Shown here: positions 1 through 7,203 of the stretch, in pieces
Layout of the letters: every line of letters begins with the position of its first letter
Position numbering within the stretch: position 1 is the first letter of the stretch
IMG/VR virus record: IMGVR_UViG_3300031999_002039
Location: 1-37,261 of that record
DNA from: a virus
Taxonomy: Duplodnaviria; Caudoviricetes
Strand: one strand, 5' to 3'
Length of the DNA stretch: 37,261 nt
Made by a program: the position numbers and the translations under genes
Notes under the pieces: generated by a model
Databases searched by the model: none
Seen by the model: the letters and a program-made list of their open reading frames with translations, nothing else
What the model was told of the DNA's origin: nothing

Positions 1-155
1 GCATTCGTTAATACCACAAATTAGGAGCAACTCAAACAGGACAAAGGGTAGTGCTTCCCGTTGTAAAAGTCCGGGTTGAGGCATCCCGTGAGGGGCTTAC
101 CGAAAGGTATGAGATAAATGTAAAGATAGAACAGAACCGCGGCTACGGCTGTGTC
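1..155 (+). ncRNA. rnpB: RNase P RNA, bacterial type A-like (3' part; 5' end outside window)
   Basis: Landmarks in canonical order: GGAGCAA (24-30); P15 CTC/GAG (31-33/78-80) with L15 GGGTT (73-77); P16 GGAC/GTCC (39-42/69-72); GNRA-capped hairpins (GTGA, GAAA); CR-IV-like AGATAAATG (112-120); CR-V-like ACAGAACCGCGGCTA (131-145). Ends just before a tRNA. Confidence 0.65.
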
Positions 156-161
156 GAATAT

Positions 162-237
162 GGGGTCTTAGCTCAGTTGGTAGAGCGTCTCAATGGCATT
201 GAGAAGGTCAGGGGTTCGACTCCCCTAGGCTCCACCA
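162..237 (+). tRNA. tRNA-Ala(GGC)
   Basis: Full cloverleaf; acceptor GGGGTCT/AGGCTCC with G3:U70; anticodon loop ATGGCAT (A32-U38 as in bacterial Ala-GGC); TTCGA T-loop; ACCA end. Confidence 0.96.
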
Positions 238-239
238 TT

Positions 240-640
240 TTTGGCTGACTGCAAGAGAGCAGTTGCGGAATGATAACCGTCATTCTTAGAGAATCGTATT
301 CTCGACCAAACTTTAGTCTAACTATTATTGATTAGTTGAGATTTCTTGGTAAGAAATCAAGAGAGTCATACTCTCTCAGGCTAATACAGGAGGTATTCAT
401 CTTTAATCGGATGATATCTCCGACAATTTAGATGTAGTTACAGCAATAACTATATTACATGAAAAAAACCAAACAGGTAAAAAATCCCGACCAAAATCGG
501 GTCGTGGCGATGGCCACGTAAAAAACGTTCAACATGGATACGTTGTAAAAAATGTCACGGAGAAAACCGTAAATCTTACATCTAGTCATCTTCTTCTTCG
601 TGAAGAGGATAAAGTCTCTCTCTTGTGAGGAAGACTTTAT
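240..640 (+). ncRNA. Candidate large structured non-coding RNA(s) in tRNA spacer
   Basis: No credible ORF; nearly continuous hairpins; two four-way junctions (240-310, 313-384), hairpin 389-421, multibranch domain closed by TAGATGTA/TACATCTA (429-436/577-584), hairpins 588-610 and 609-640. Strand assumed from the flanking tRNAs. Confidence 0.55.
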
Positions 641-714
641 GGGGTCATCGTTCAACGGTAGGACAGTTCGTTCGCAACGAATAGATTCGGGTTCGATTCC
701 CGGTGGCTCCACCA
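641..714 (+). tRNA. tRNA-Ala(CGC)
   Basis: Acceptor GGGGTCA/TGGCTCC with G3:U70; anticodon arm GTTCG-TTCGCAA-CGAAT; TTCGATT T-loop; ACCA end. Confidence 0.93.
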
Positions 715-736
715 ATTTTTAGATAGACAGTTTTGT

Positions 737-810
737 TGATGTGTGGTGTAGTGGCCGCACGAGGCTCTCTGAAAGCTCAGGACTTGGTTCGATTCCAAGC
801 ACATCAGCCA
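737..810 (+). tRNA. tRNA-Gln(CUG)
   Basis: Acceptor TGATGTG/CACATCA (U1-A72), discriminator G73, loop CTCTGAA, T arm CTTGG-TTCGATT-CCAAG, CCA end; A27:C43 mismatch in the anticodon stem. Confidence 0.88.
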
Positions 811-814
811 ATTT

Positions 815-971
815 ACAACGGGTACCTTAATCAATCCCTGACGTATTTTATACTCAGGATAATCACGGGCAATAAGTAGGTTGTTAATTTCAACCGAAGA
901 CCGTGTTAGGTCGCCACAATCATAAGTCGTGGCTTTGAAGTCAAGCAAGACCTTGACGGGTTATTCGTTGT
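815..971 (+). ncRNA. Candidate ~157-nt multibranch structured RNA
   Basis: Closing stem ACAACG/CGTTGT (815-820/966-971) extended by G-U pairs; internal helices CCTGA/TCAGG, CACGG/CCGTG, GGTTG/CAACC, GCCAC/GTGGC, GTCAAG/CTTGAC; fills the Gln-Ser tRNA spacer almost exactly. Confidence 0.55.
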
Positions 972-975
972 TTTC

Positions 976-1067
976 GGATGGGTGGTAGAGTGGTCTATTG
1001 CACTTGCTTGGAAAGCAAGAGGTCGGCGAAAGTCGGCCCGGAGGTTCGAATCCTCCCTCATCCGCCA
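976..1067 (+). tRNA. tRNA-Ser(GGA)
   Basis: Acceptor GGATGGG/CTCATCC, anticodon arm CTTGC-TTGGAAA-GCAAG, long variable arm with GAAA loop, G73, CCA end. Confidence 0.95.
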
Positions 1068-1080
1068 ATTTTCAAAAATT

Positions 1081-1260
1081 ATGATTGAACATTTAAGTGT
1101 GTTTCCAGAAGGCGTAGAAGTAATTACATGGCCAAAACATGAGGTTGAGGCATTGAATGAACGCATTTTGGTTGCTTTAGAAAAAGCAGATTCAGAAAGA
1201 CGTGAGGCTCGGGCAAGATACAATGCAACATTGCCTACTCACCTTAGACGACTTGGATAG
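1081..1260 (+). CDS. Small hypothetical protein (59 aa) between two tRNA-Ser genes
   Basis: ATG at 1081; protein-like, helical sequence (MIEHLSVFPEG...); the longer track start at 982 lies inside a tRNA; the TAG stop overlaps the next tRNA. Confidence 0.55.
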   Translation: MIEHLSVFPEGVEVITWPKHEVEALNERILVALEKADSERREARARYNATLPTHLRRLG

Positions 1261-1344
1261 TAGGCAAATGTTGGTTTGTTGCGTTAGTTTCGAAAACTAA
1301 TCCGGTGAAAGCCGGCGGGGGTTCAATTCCCTCACTATCCGCCA
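1255..1344 (+). tRNA. tRNA-Ser(CGA)
   Basis: Acceptor GGATAGT/ACTATCC, anticodon arm TTAGT-TTCGAAA-ACTAA, long variable arm CCGGT-GAAA-GCCGG, G73, CCA end. Confidence 0.93.
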
Positions 1345-1361
1345 CCTTCAAATAAAATAAG

Positions 1362-1393
1362 TTGATTGTTAATTCTCTTCATGGTAGTATAAT
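1362..1393 (+). promoter_or_regulatory. Sigma70-type promoter
   Basis: TTGATT-17 bp-TAGTAT with extended -10 TG; overlapping TATAAT at 1388-1393; upstream of the HD gene. Confidence 0.6.
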
Positions 1394-1414
1394 TCCTCAA
1401 ATTGAAACTATCAT

Positions 1415-2098
1415 ATGATTACAAAACCAAACTTAACCGATGCTGAAATTCAAGAGAACTATCAAGAATTTATCAAGTTCGTAGGTGACGTGTTCACCGG
1501 CGAAAGAAAAGAAAAACTTCTAAAGATGTATTCCGATAACGATGGTTCGTTGGGATTATCTCTAGCCACAGCACCCGCTTCAATGTGCCAACACTTCCAT
1601 CTATGTCATCCGGGTGGATATCTACAACATATCATGGGCGTCATTAAAATGTCGTTCGCTTCAAAGAAACTCTTTGAACTTGCTGGTTGTAACATTGACT
1701 TCACAGATGAACAAATGATTTTTGCAGCGATGCATCACGACTTGGGTAAATTGGGCGACCCTGAGTTTGGCGAATACTACGCTCCACAAGACCAAGACTG
1801 GAAGTATAAGAAGGGTGAGTTCTATAAAATGAACGGCAATCTTCCTTATATGGAAGTCACTGACCGAGCAATTTTCCTACTTCAAAAGTATGGCGTTGTA
1901 TATGATTGGAAGGAATACCTTGGTATCAAATTGGCAGACGGTTTGTTTAACGAAGCCACGGAAAAATACCTGAAACAATACAATCAGGACCTTTATCTTA
2001 AAACAAATCTTCCACGCGTCATTCACTCCGCAGACTATACAGCTTGTCGAGCTGAATACGATTCGTGGTATTATGCTAAGAGTGAAGAACGGCTCTAA
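1415..2098 (+). CDS. HD-domain phosphohydrolase (YhaM-like HD domain)
   Basis: PAS..FH...PGGYLQH, MHHDLGK and IHSAD metal-binding motifs. Confidence 0.85.
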   Translation: MITKPNLTDAEIQENYQEFIKFVGDVFTGERKEKLLKMYSDNDGSLGLSLATAPASMCQHFHLCHPGGYLQHIMGVIKMSFASKKLFELAGCNIDFTDEQMIFAAMHHDLGKLGDPEFGEYYAPQDQDWKYKKGEFYKMNGNLPYMEVTDRAIFLLQKYGVVYDWKEYLGIKLADGLFNEATEKYLKQYNQDLYLKTNLPRVIHSADYTACRAEYDSWYYAKSEERL

Positions 2099-2112
2099 TA
2101 ATCCCTTTGATG

Positions 2113-2156
2113 AAAAATATCCCTCGTCTGAAATACTCAGCGGGGGATATTTTTTT
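2113..2156 (+). terminator. Intrinsic terminator, probably bidirectional
   Basis: AAAAATATCCCTCG...CGGGGGATATTTTTTT hairpin with A-tract before and T-tract after. Confidence 0.8.
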
Positions 2157-2270
2157 GTACACGAAGAGTCCACTGATGCGGATTAAGCACCTTACATGAA
2201 ACTTTATATGGTCAAGGCGCGAATATCCACTTTCCATACATTATAAATATCATTCAATAACACAACATCA

Positions 2271-2299
2271 TTGACATTTGTGTGAAGTTGTGGGATACT
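2271..2299 (+). promoter_or_regulatory. Sigma70-type promoter
   Basis: TTGACA-17 bp-GATACT with extended -10 TG; AGGAGA Shine-Dalgarno before the ATG at 2361. Confidence 0.7.
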
Positions 2300-2360
2300 T
2301 GACTTGTGTTAGAGTAAATAAACCGTAATAAATTCCTAAATAAAATAGGAGAACCACATA

Positions 2361-2657
2361 ATGGGAAACAAAAAAAGAACAAATCAGGTAATTCCGGACG
2401 CAGTTCCTACTCCAGAAATATCTTCAATCGAACTCGGGGAACAAGAATCATATTGTTGGTCGTCGAATGATGAAGCTACAACACGTTATGTTGTAATTCG
2501 TGGTGGGTTAAGAGTCTCTGATAAAGACTATACATCAACCACCGAACCCCGAGCTATTGCTGAAAAGGAATTTTGGCAAAGAGTTGTTACCAAGTGGCCG
2601 GATGGAACGAAGGTGGAAATCGTTCAGTATGATAAGAAGAAACATCGTATTTGGTAA
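2361..2657 (+). CDS. Hypothetical protein
   Basis: 98-aa ORF with SD and promoter upstream. Confidence 0.8.
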   Translation: MGNKKRTNQVIPDAVPTPEISSIELGEQESYCWSSNDEATTRYVVIRGGLRVSDKDYTSTTEPRAIAEKEFWQRVVTKWPDGTKVEIVQYDKKKHRIW

Positions 2658-2660
2658 TCT

Positions 2661-3002
2661 ATGAATATGAACGAAGAATTAAAATCTTTGTCTGATATTC
2701 CAGAGTCGGATATTGTTTCAAGAATGACTAAGGCAAGTCTATTGGCAGAAAATCCGGAGGTAATTAGAGAAATTACCAAATATGGAAATGTGCCTGTCAT
2801 ATATCAACCACACAAGTCAGTTCTCAAAGACGCACAAAGACAAGACCCCGGACTCGGTGTTCTTATTGAGAACGCAATGACTCCCCAAGAAGTCACGAAT
2901 CTTCTAACCAAAGGAAAGTTAGATTATAAATACGCACAACCCAAGACCATCAAAAAATGGGAAACGATAGCTAAGAACAGAATAAAAGAACTTAGCAAGT
3001 AA
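2661..3002 (+). CDS. Hypothetical protein
   Basis: 113-aa ORF, 3 nt after the previous stop, followed by a terminator. Confidence 0.8.
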   Translation: MNMNEELKSLSDIPESDIVSRMTKASLLAENPEVIREITKYGNVPVIYQPHKSVLKDAQRQDPGLGVLIENAMTPQEVTNLLTKGKLDYKYAQPKTIKKWETIAKNRIKELSK

Positions 3003-3023
3003 TATTCACACAAGTTCATACGT

Positions 3024-3053
3024 AACGTGGCAGAGAAATCTGCCACGTTTTTT
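3024..3053 (+). terminator. Intrinsic terminator
   Basis: Perfect stem AACGTGGCAGA-GAAA-TCTGCCACGTT followed by a T-run. Confidence 0.88.
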
Positions 3054-3074
3054 CTTTTTGTACTTCTGACTTGA

Positions 3075-3082
3075 TATTTATG
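3075..3082 (+). promoter_or_regulatory. Candidate phage late-promoter motif TATTTATG
   Basis: Recurrent motif, here 9 nt before the ATG at 3092. Confidence 0.5.
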
Positions 3083-3091
3083 TCATGAAGT

Positions 3092-3448
3092 ATGGCAACA
3101 AAAAAGAATACAAATAGTTTACCAACTCTCTACGTCCTTCCATCGGAAAGTAAGGATTTACAATCCTTCTCCCAGAAATATAAAGTTGATATGATGGAGC
3201 AAGTTGTGGGCATCATAGAATTTGCTATCGAACATCACCTGCCAATGATAGAAGTATTTCAGTTTAAAAATTCTGATTTTGTTATTACATTATCAGAAAA
3301 AGATTATTTGACTAATCTTAACAATATCTACTCTTATTACATGAAAGAAGAAGAGTATGAATATTGTCCAAGAGTAGTTAGGTTACAAAAAACATTGCAG
3401 TCCACACCAAAAAACACTGATGAAAAACAAACGCATCGACAAAAATGA
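3092..3448 (+). CDS. Hypothetical protein
   Basis: 118-aa ORF overlapping the phoH start. Confidence 0.78.
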   Translation: MATKKNTNSLPTLYVLPSESKDLQSFSQKYKVDMMEQVVGIIEFAIEHHLPMIEVFQFKNSDFVITLSEKDYLTNLNNIYSYYMKEEEYEYCPRVVRLQKTLQSTPKNTDEKQTHRQK

Positions 3449-4151
3449 AGTCAAGGACACAAGCCCTATTATCCCACAACGCAACAAAATAAAGAATCAC
3501 CTTTCGATTTATCAAAGGAATCTAAATGAAAAACAAAAACAATTTTTGGAACTTGCTACAGACAAGACTACAAAAGTTATATTCGTATCTGGACCGGCAG
3601 GAACTTCTAAAACGTACATGGCAGTATATGCTGCACTTACATTACTCAATGAACGTAGAGTAAGCGATTTAATCTACATCCGTTCAGCAGTAGAATCATC
3701 AGAGGCCAAACTTGGCTTCTTGCCCGGAGAAGCTGACGACAAAATGGCACCATATTTGGCACCATTGGTAGATAAATTGATGGAGTTATTGCCTAAAGGT
3801 GATGTAGATACTCTTAAAAAAGAAGAGAGAATTTCTTCCATTCCTGTTGGATTTCTAAGAGGATTGAATTGGAACGCTAAAGTTATAATTTCGGATGAAG
3901 CGCAGAATATGACCTTCAAAGAACTCTTTACACTAATTACCAGAACCGGCGAATTTAGTAAGGTTTTCATTTGTGGCGACCCAGAACAGTCAGATATCAA
4001 TGGCAAAAGTGGATTTCTCAAAATGATGTCCTTTTTTGATGATGAAGAATCAAAGGCCAACGGTATTCAAGTGTTCAAATTCACCGATGATGACATTGTT
4101 AGAAGCGGATTGGTTCAATTCATCATCAAAAAAGTTAAAAAAACGATTTAA
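3420..4151 (+). CDS. phoH: PhoH family ATPase
   Basis: Walker A GPAGTSKT, LGFLPG, FLRG, DEAQN, TRTGE, GDPEQSD and DIVRS motifs. Confidence 0.93.
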   Translation: MKNKRIDKNEVKDTSPIIPQRNKIKNHLSIYQRNLNEKQKQFLELATDKTTKVIFVSGPAGTSKTYMAVYAALTLLNERRVSDLIYIRSAVESSEAKLGFLPGEADDKMAPYLAPLVDKLMELLPKGDVDTLKKEERISSIPVGFLRGLNWNAKVIISDEAQNMTFKELFTLITRTGEFSKVFICGDPEQSDINGKSGFLKMMSFFDDEESKANGIQVFKFTDDDIVRSGLVQFIIKKVKKTI

Positions 4152-4156
4152 TCGTC

Positions 4157-4164
4157 TATTTATA
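4157..4164 (+). promoter_or_regulatory. Candidate phage late-promoter motif TATTTATA
   Basis: In the 26-nt gap before the first tail-fibre-like gene. Confidence 0.55.
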
Positions 4165-4177
4165 GGTTATACATTTT

Positions 4178-5212
4178 ATGGCTAATAACGAAAGAGTATC
4201 ACAACTGATAGAATTATTTGCGGCTGACCTCCATTCGGAGGATGTTTTTCTATTGACTGATATGAGTCAGAGAGAATCTAAGAAGCTGGAAATGGGACAA
4301 TTACTTCTTTTTATTGAAAGTAGTGGTAGTTTCTCCGCGTATAATTCTGCATTTGCTGATACTGCTTCGTTTGTTGCTGCCGGAAATATTTATGGTAATG
4401 TAGCTGTAGCAAATGTAGCTTCACAATCTATATCCTCAAGTTGGGCGGCCCGAGCAGTCACAAGTTCATATTCAGACTTAGCAGCAACATCATCATACTC
4501 ATCATTTTGTAATATAACTAGTACATCTACCGATACCGCTTCTTTTCTTAAATATTTGGGTACTCACAATGGTACAGCTTCATATGCAATTAACGCAGCG
4601 GCAGCAGACTCATCAACTACAGCCTTTAATTTGTTTTACAATGGACAACCAAATGGAACTGCTTCTTGGGCAATAAATTCTATTACTACATCTGGAACAG
4701 CATCTTTTGCTTCACGGTCATTTGTATCTACAACTTCATCTTTTGCCTCATCATCATTTGCAGCCACCAGTGCTTCATTTGCTAGTAGTTCAACCAGCTC
4801 AAGTTTTGCTGTTACTTCAAGTTATTTGATAGGTGCCTATACAAATCCAGTTAAGGCTTGGGCACAAGTAACGTGGAGTGCTGGTAGAGCCACCAACGCA
4901 TTGTTTAAGAGTTTCAATATTAGTAGCATGACATTCTTAAACTTTTTTACGAATACTGATACTTGGGCACAATTTGGTCTTGTTTTTACTACTCCATTAA
5001 CAAGCACTAATTACATATTAATTGGAACGGGCGACCAACCATACGCTAATAGAGAGCCTGCTACGGTTATTCTCCATCCGGTCTATGCTAACAGAACAAC
5101 AACGTCATGCACAATGTCTGTAGGAACAGATAATTCGGCATTTTATACATCTACTGGTGGAACATATCCAAATACGGAATATGGATTTATTCAGTTTCAA
5201 ATAATAGAATAA
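4178..5212 (+). CDS. Tail fibre-like protein with ASYA/ASFA repeats
   Basis: N-terminal RVSQLIEL...D.S.RESKK module shared with the next gene; S/A/T-rich repeats; C-terminal VKAWAQV...FNISS...FTTPL..NY domain typical of phage fibre termini. Confidence 0.65.
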   Translation: MANNERVSQLIELFAADLHSEDVFLLTDMSQRESKKLEMGQLLLFIESSGSFSAYNSAFADTASFVAAGNIYGNVAVANVASQSISSSWAARAVTSSYSDLAATSSYSSFCNITSTSTDTASFLKYLGTHNGTASYAINAAAADSSTTAFNLFYNGQPNGTASWAINSITTSGTASFASRSFVSTTSSFASSSFAATSASFASSSTSSSFAVTSSYLIGAYTNPVKAWAQVTWSAGRATNALFKSFNISSMTFLNFFTNTDTWAQFGLVFTTPLTSTNYILIGTGDQPYANREPATVILHPVYANRTTTSCTMSVGTDNSAFYTSTGGTYPNTEYGFIQFQIIE

Positions 5213-5215
5213 TTT

Positions 5216-7201
5216 ATGCCAATCATAGGAAATAAAAGAGTAACACAATTGGTAGAACTTACAGCAGGTGAGATTTCATTTGATGATTTGTTTTATATCG
5301 TTGATGTTTCTGCTAGAGAATCGAAGAGGATTAAAACATCAGAATTATCTGCGTGGTTAAATGGTAGTGGTAGTATTTATGCTTTTTACGCTGTGACTGC
5401 TGGCACAGCATCGTGGGCTACAAATGTTGTTGGTAATACCGTAGGTTCTTCTAGTACATCAAATTTTGCGGTGAGTGCATTGTCAGCTTCTTGGGCCAGT
5501 CAATCTTTTAGAGCTGTCAGTTCATCATATGCTTTAACAGCGTCATATGCATTAAATGGAAATAATACAGGTTCACCTTCCGCATCATTCTTGGTTTATA
5601 CAGGAACTCCAAATGGTACAGCATCATATGCCTTAAATGCGTTGACTTCTGATACATCTACCGCTACACAATTCTTGTTGTATTTTGGTGGAAACAATGG
5701 AACGGCATCATATGCGATGCAAGCAGAAGACTCTTTTCACGCAGTCACAGCAGATACAGCATCATACTTTAATAATCTCTTGGGGACGGTTGCCAGCGCA
5801 TCTTATGCGTTAAATGCTGATACGGCTAGTTCGGTTTTTAATGACACAGTTCCATCGGCGTCGTTCTTGGTATATTCACCGGATAATGGAACAGCGTCAT
5901 ATGCGATTCAAGCTGGTTCAGTTGCAGGAATCATGGGTAACTTTGGGTTATTTCCGGCAGAATTTCAAACGATAAGTGCCTCAGGAATTAATAATATATC
6001 AGTACTTTCATCTTTAGCAATAGAACAAGAAACCATGATTCAGGCGTTTGGAAATGTTATTGTAAACTTTACAGCATCAACACCAGATACAGATTATAAA
6101 CTTAGATTGGTTGGCGTTGACCGAAAGACGGGAGAAAGGTCGGTTCTTGATTCGTCTAAAATGAATTTCAATATAACACCATTAATCAACGTATGGTCAA
6201 TGGTTGGAAGTGGTTCGATGGCTATGCCTTTTAATTTAATAACTCAACAACCATTATATGGAGAGTATTATCTGGCGGTATCATCATCATCGCCATATCT
6301 ACAAATAGATGAAGATAGGGATGTGGTATTTAGCGTTTCAAGTTATAGTGATGTTGTGACGGCTGGGTTTGATGTACCTATGGAATTTTATGTTAGTCCC
6401 TCATCGTCAGTAACGATTAGTTTTTCTTCAAGTGCTCTTCCGGGACAAGTAGTAAGAGACTATTTACCGGGATTCTTACAAACATCTTCATTACTCATTA
6501 CAGAAGTAAATGTGTATAGTCAATCGGTAAATTCGGTTCTTTTTACTTGGACTCTTCCAAATTTAAGAAAATTTTATTGTGGAACAAATCCATCCCTAAC
6601 AGATTTGAGTTATACTTTTTCAAACGCACTAGAAGTGTTGTCGTGTGATGATTGTTCAATAACTACAATTTCATCTTTAGGTGATACAACCGCGTCGGTA
6701 TTAACTTGTAGAAATAATATGATAATGTCACTACCGACTTTATCACCGTCAATGTCTTACATAGATTGTGCTAATAATCCATTGGTAGTATTACCTGCAT
6801 TTTTACCAATTACACTACAAACGTTAAGAGCTAGTGATACAGCATTGACAGGAACAGTTCCAAATCTTCCTAACGGATTTGTTCGTGGTGAGTTTCATAA
6901 TACTATTATTTCAGTTTTACCTAATCCGTTACCACTATCATTGTCATACTTTGACATACACCAAACGTTGGTAGCCACAATGTCAGCCGCACCGGTTTCA
7001 TTGTCATATTTGGATGTAAGTAGTGCTTCATTTGATGATGTAGCATTAGATAATGTTAGCACTTATCTAGTAAACAATGGACAGAACTCTGGAACGTTCT
7101 TATTGAGAGGGTACGGGCCACCAGCATCATTGACATTACAAACTAACATAGCAACATTGACAGCTAGTGCAACTCGTCATTGGACTGTTGCGCACGATTA
7201 A
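5216..7201 (+). CDS. Tail fibre-like protein with C-terminal leucine-rich repeats
   Basis: Paralogous N-terminus (RVTQLVEL...DVSARESKR); NGTASYA repeats; LxxLxCxxN / LPxLP type LRRs in roughly the last 220 aa. Confidence 0.65.
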   Translation: MPIIGNKRVTQLVELTAGEISFDDLFYIVDVSARESKRIKTSELSAWLNGSGSIYAFYAVTAGTASWATNVVGNTVGSSSTSNFAVSALSASWASQSFRAVSSSYALTASYALNGNNTGSPSASFLVYTGTPNGTASYALNALTSDTSTATQFLLYFGGNNGTASYAMQAEDSFHAVTADTASYFNNLLGTVASASYALNADTASSVFNDTVPSASFLVYSPDNGTASYAIQAGSVAGIMGNFGLFPAEFQTISASGINNISVLSSLAIEQETMIQAFGNVIVNFTASTPDTDYKLRLVGVDRKTGERSVLDSSKMNFNITPLINVWSMVGSGSMAMPFNLITQQPLYGEYYLAVSSSSPYLQIDEDRDVVFSVSSYSDVVTAGFDVPMEFYVSPSSSVTISFSSSALPGQVVRDYLPGFLQTSSLLITEVNVYSQSVNSVLFTWTLPNLRKFYCGTNPSLTDLSYTFSNALEVLSCDDCSITTISSLGDTTASVLTCRNNMIMSLPTLSPSMSYIDCANNPLVVLPAFLPITLQTLRASDTALTGTVPNLPNGFVRGEFHNTIISVLPNPLPLSLSYFDIHQTLVATMSAAPVSLSYLDVSSASFDDVALDNVSTYLVNNGQNSGTFLLRGYGPPASLTLQTNIATLTASATRHWTVAHD

Positions 7202-7203
7202 TT

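Noticed and set aside
66-75. AAAGTCCGGG as RNase P CR-I, implying a miniature RNase P
   Set aside because: It pairs poorly with the CR-V strand at 137-145 and is better explained as the P16 3' strand plus L15.
162-714. tmRNA (GGGG start, G3:U70, TCCACCA end spanning the structured spacer)
   Set aside because: Both ends are complete tRNA-Ala genes with their own anticodon arms, and I found no convincing tag reading frame between them.
51-1223. Track ORFs 51-248, 455-715, 652-948, 906-1223 and the 982 start
   Set aside because: They overlap tRNA or structured RNA genes and are shadow frames; only 1081-1260 was kept.
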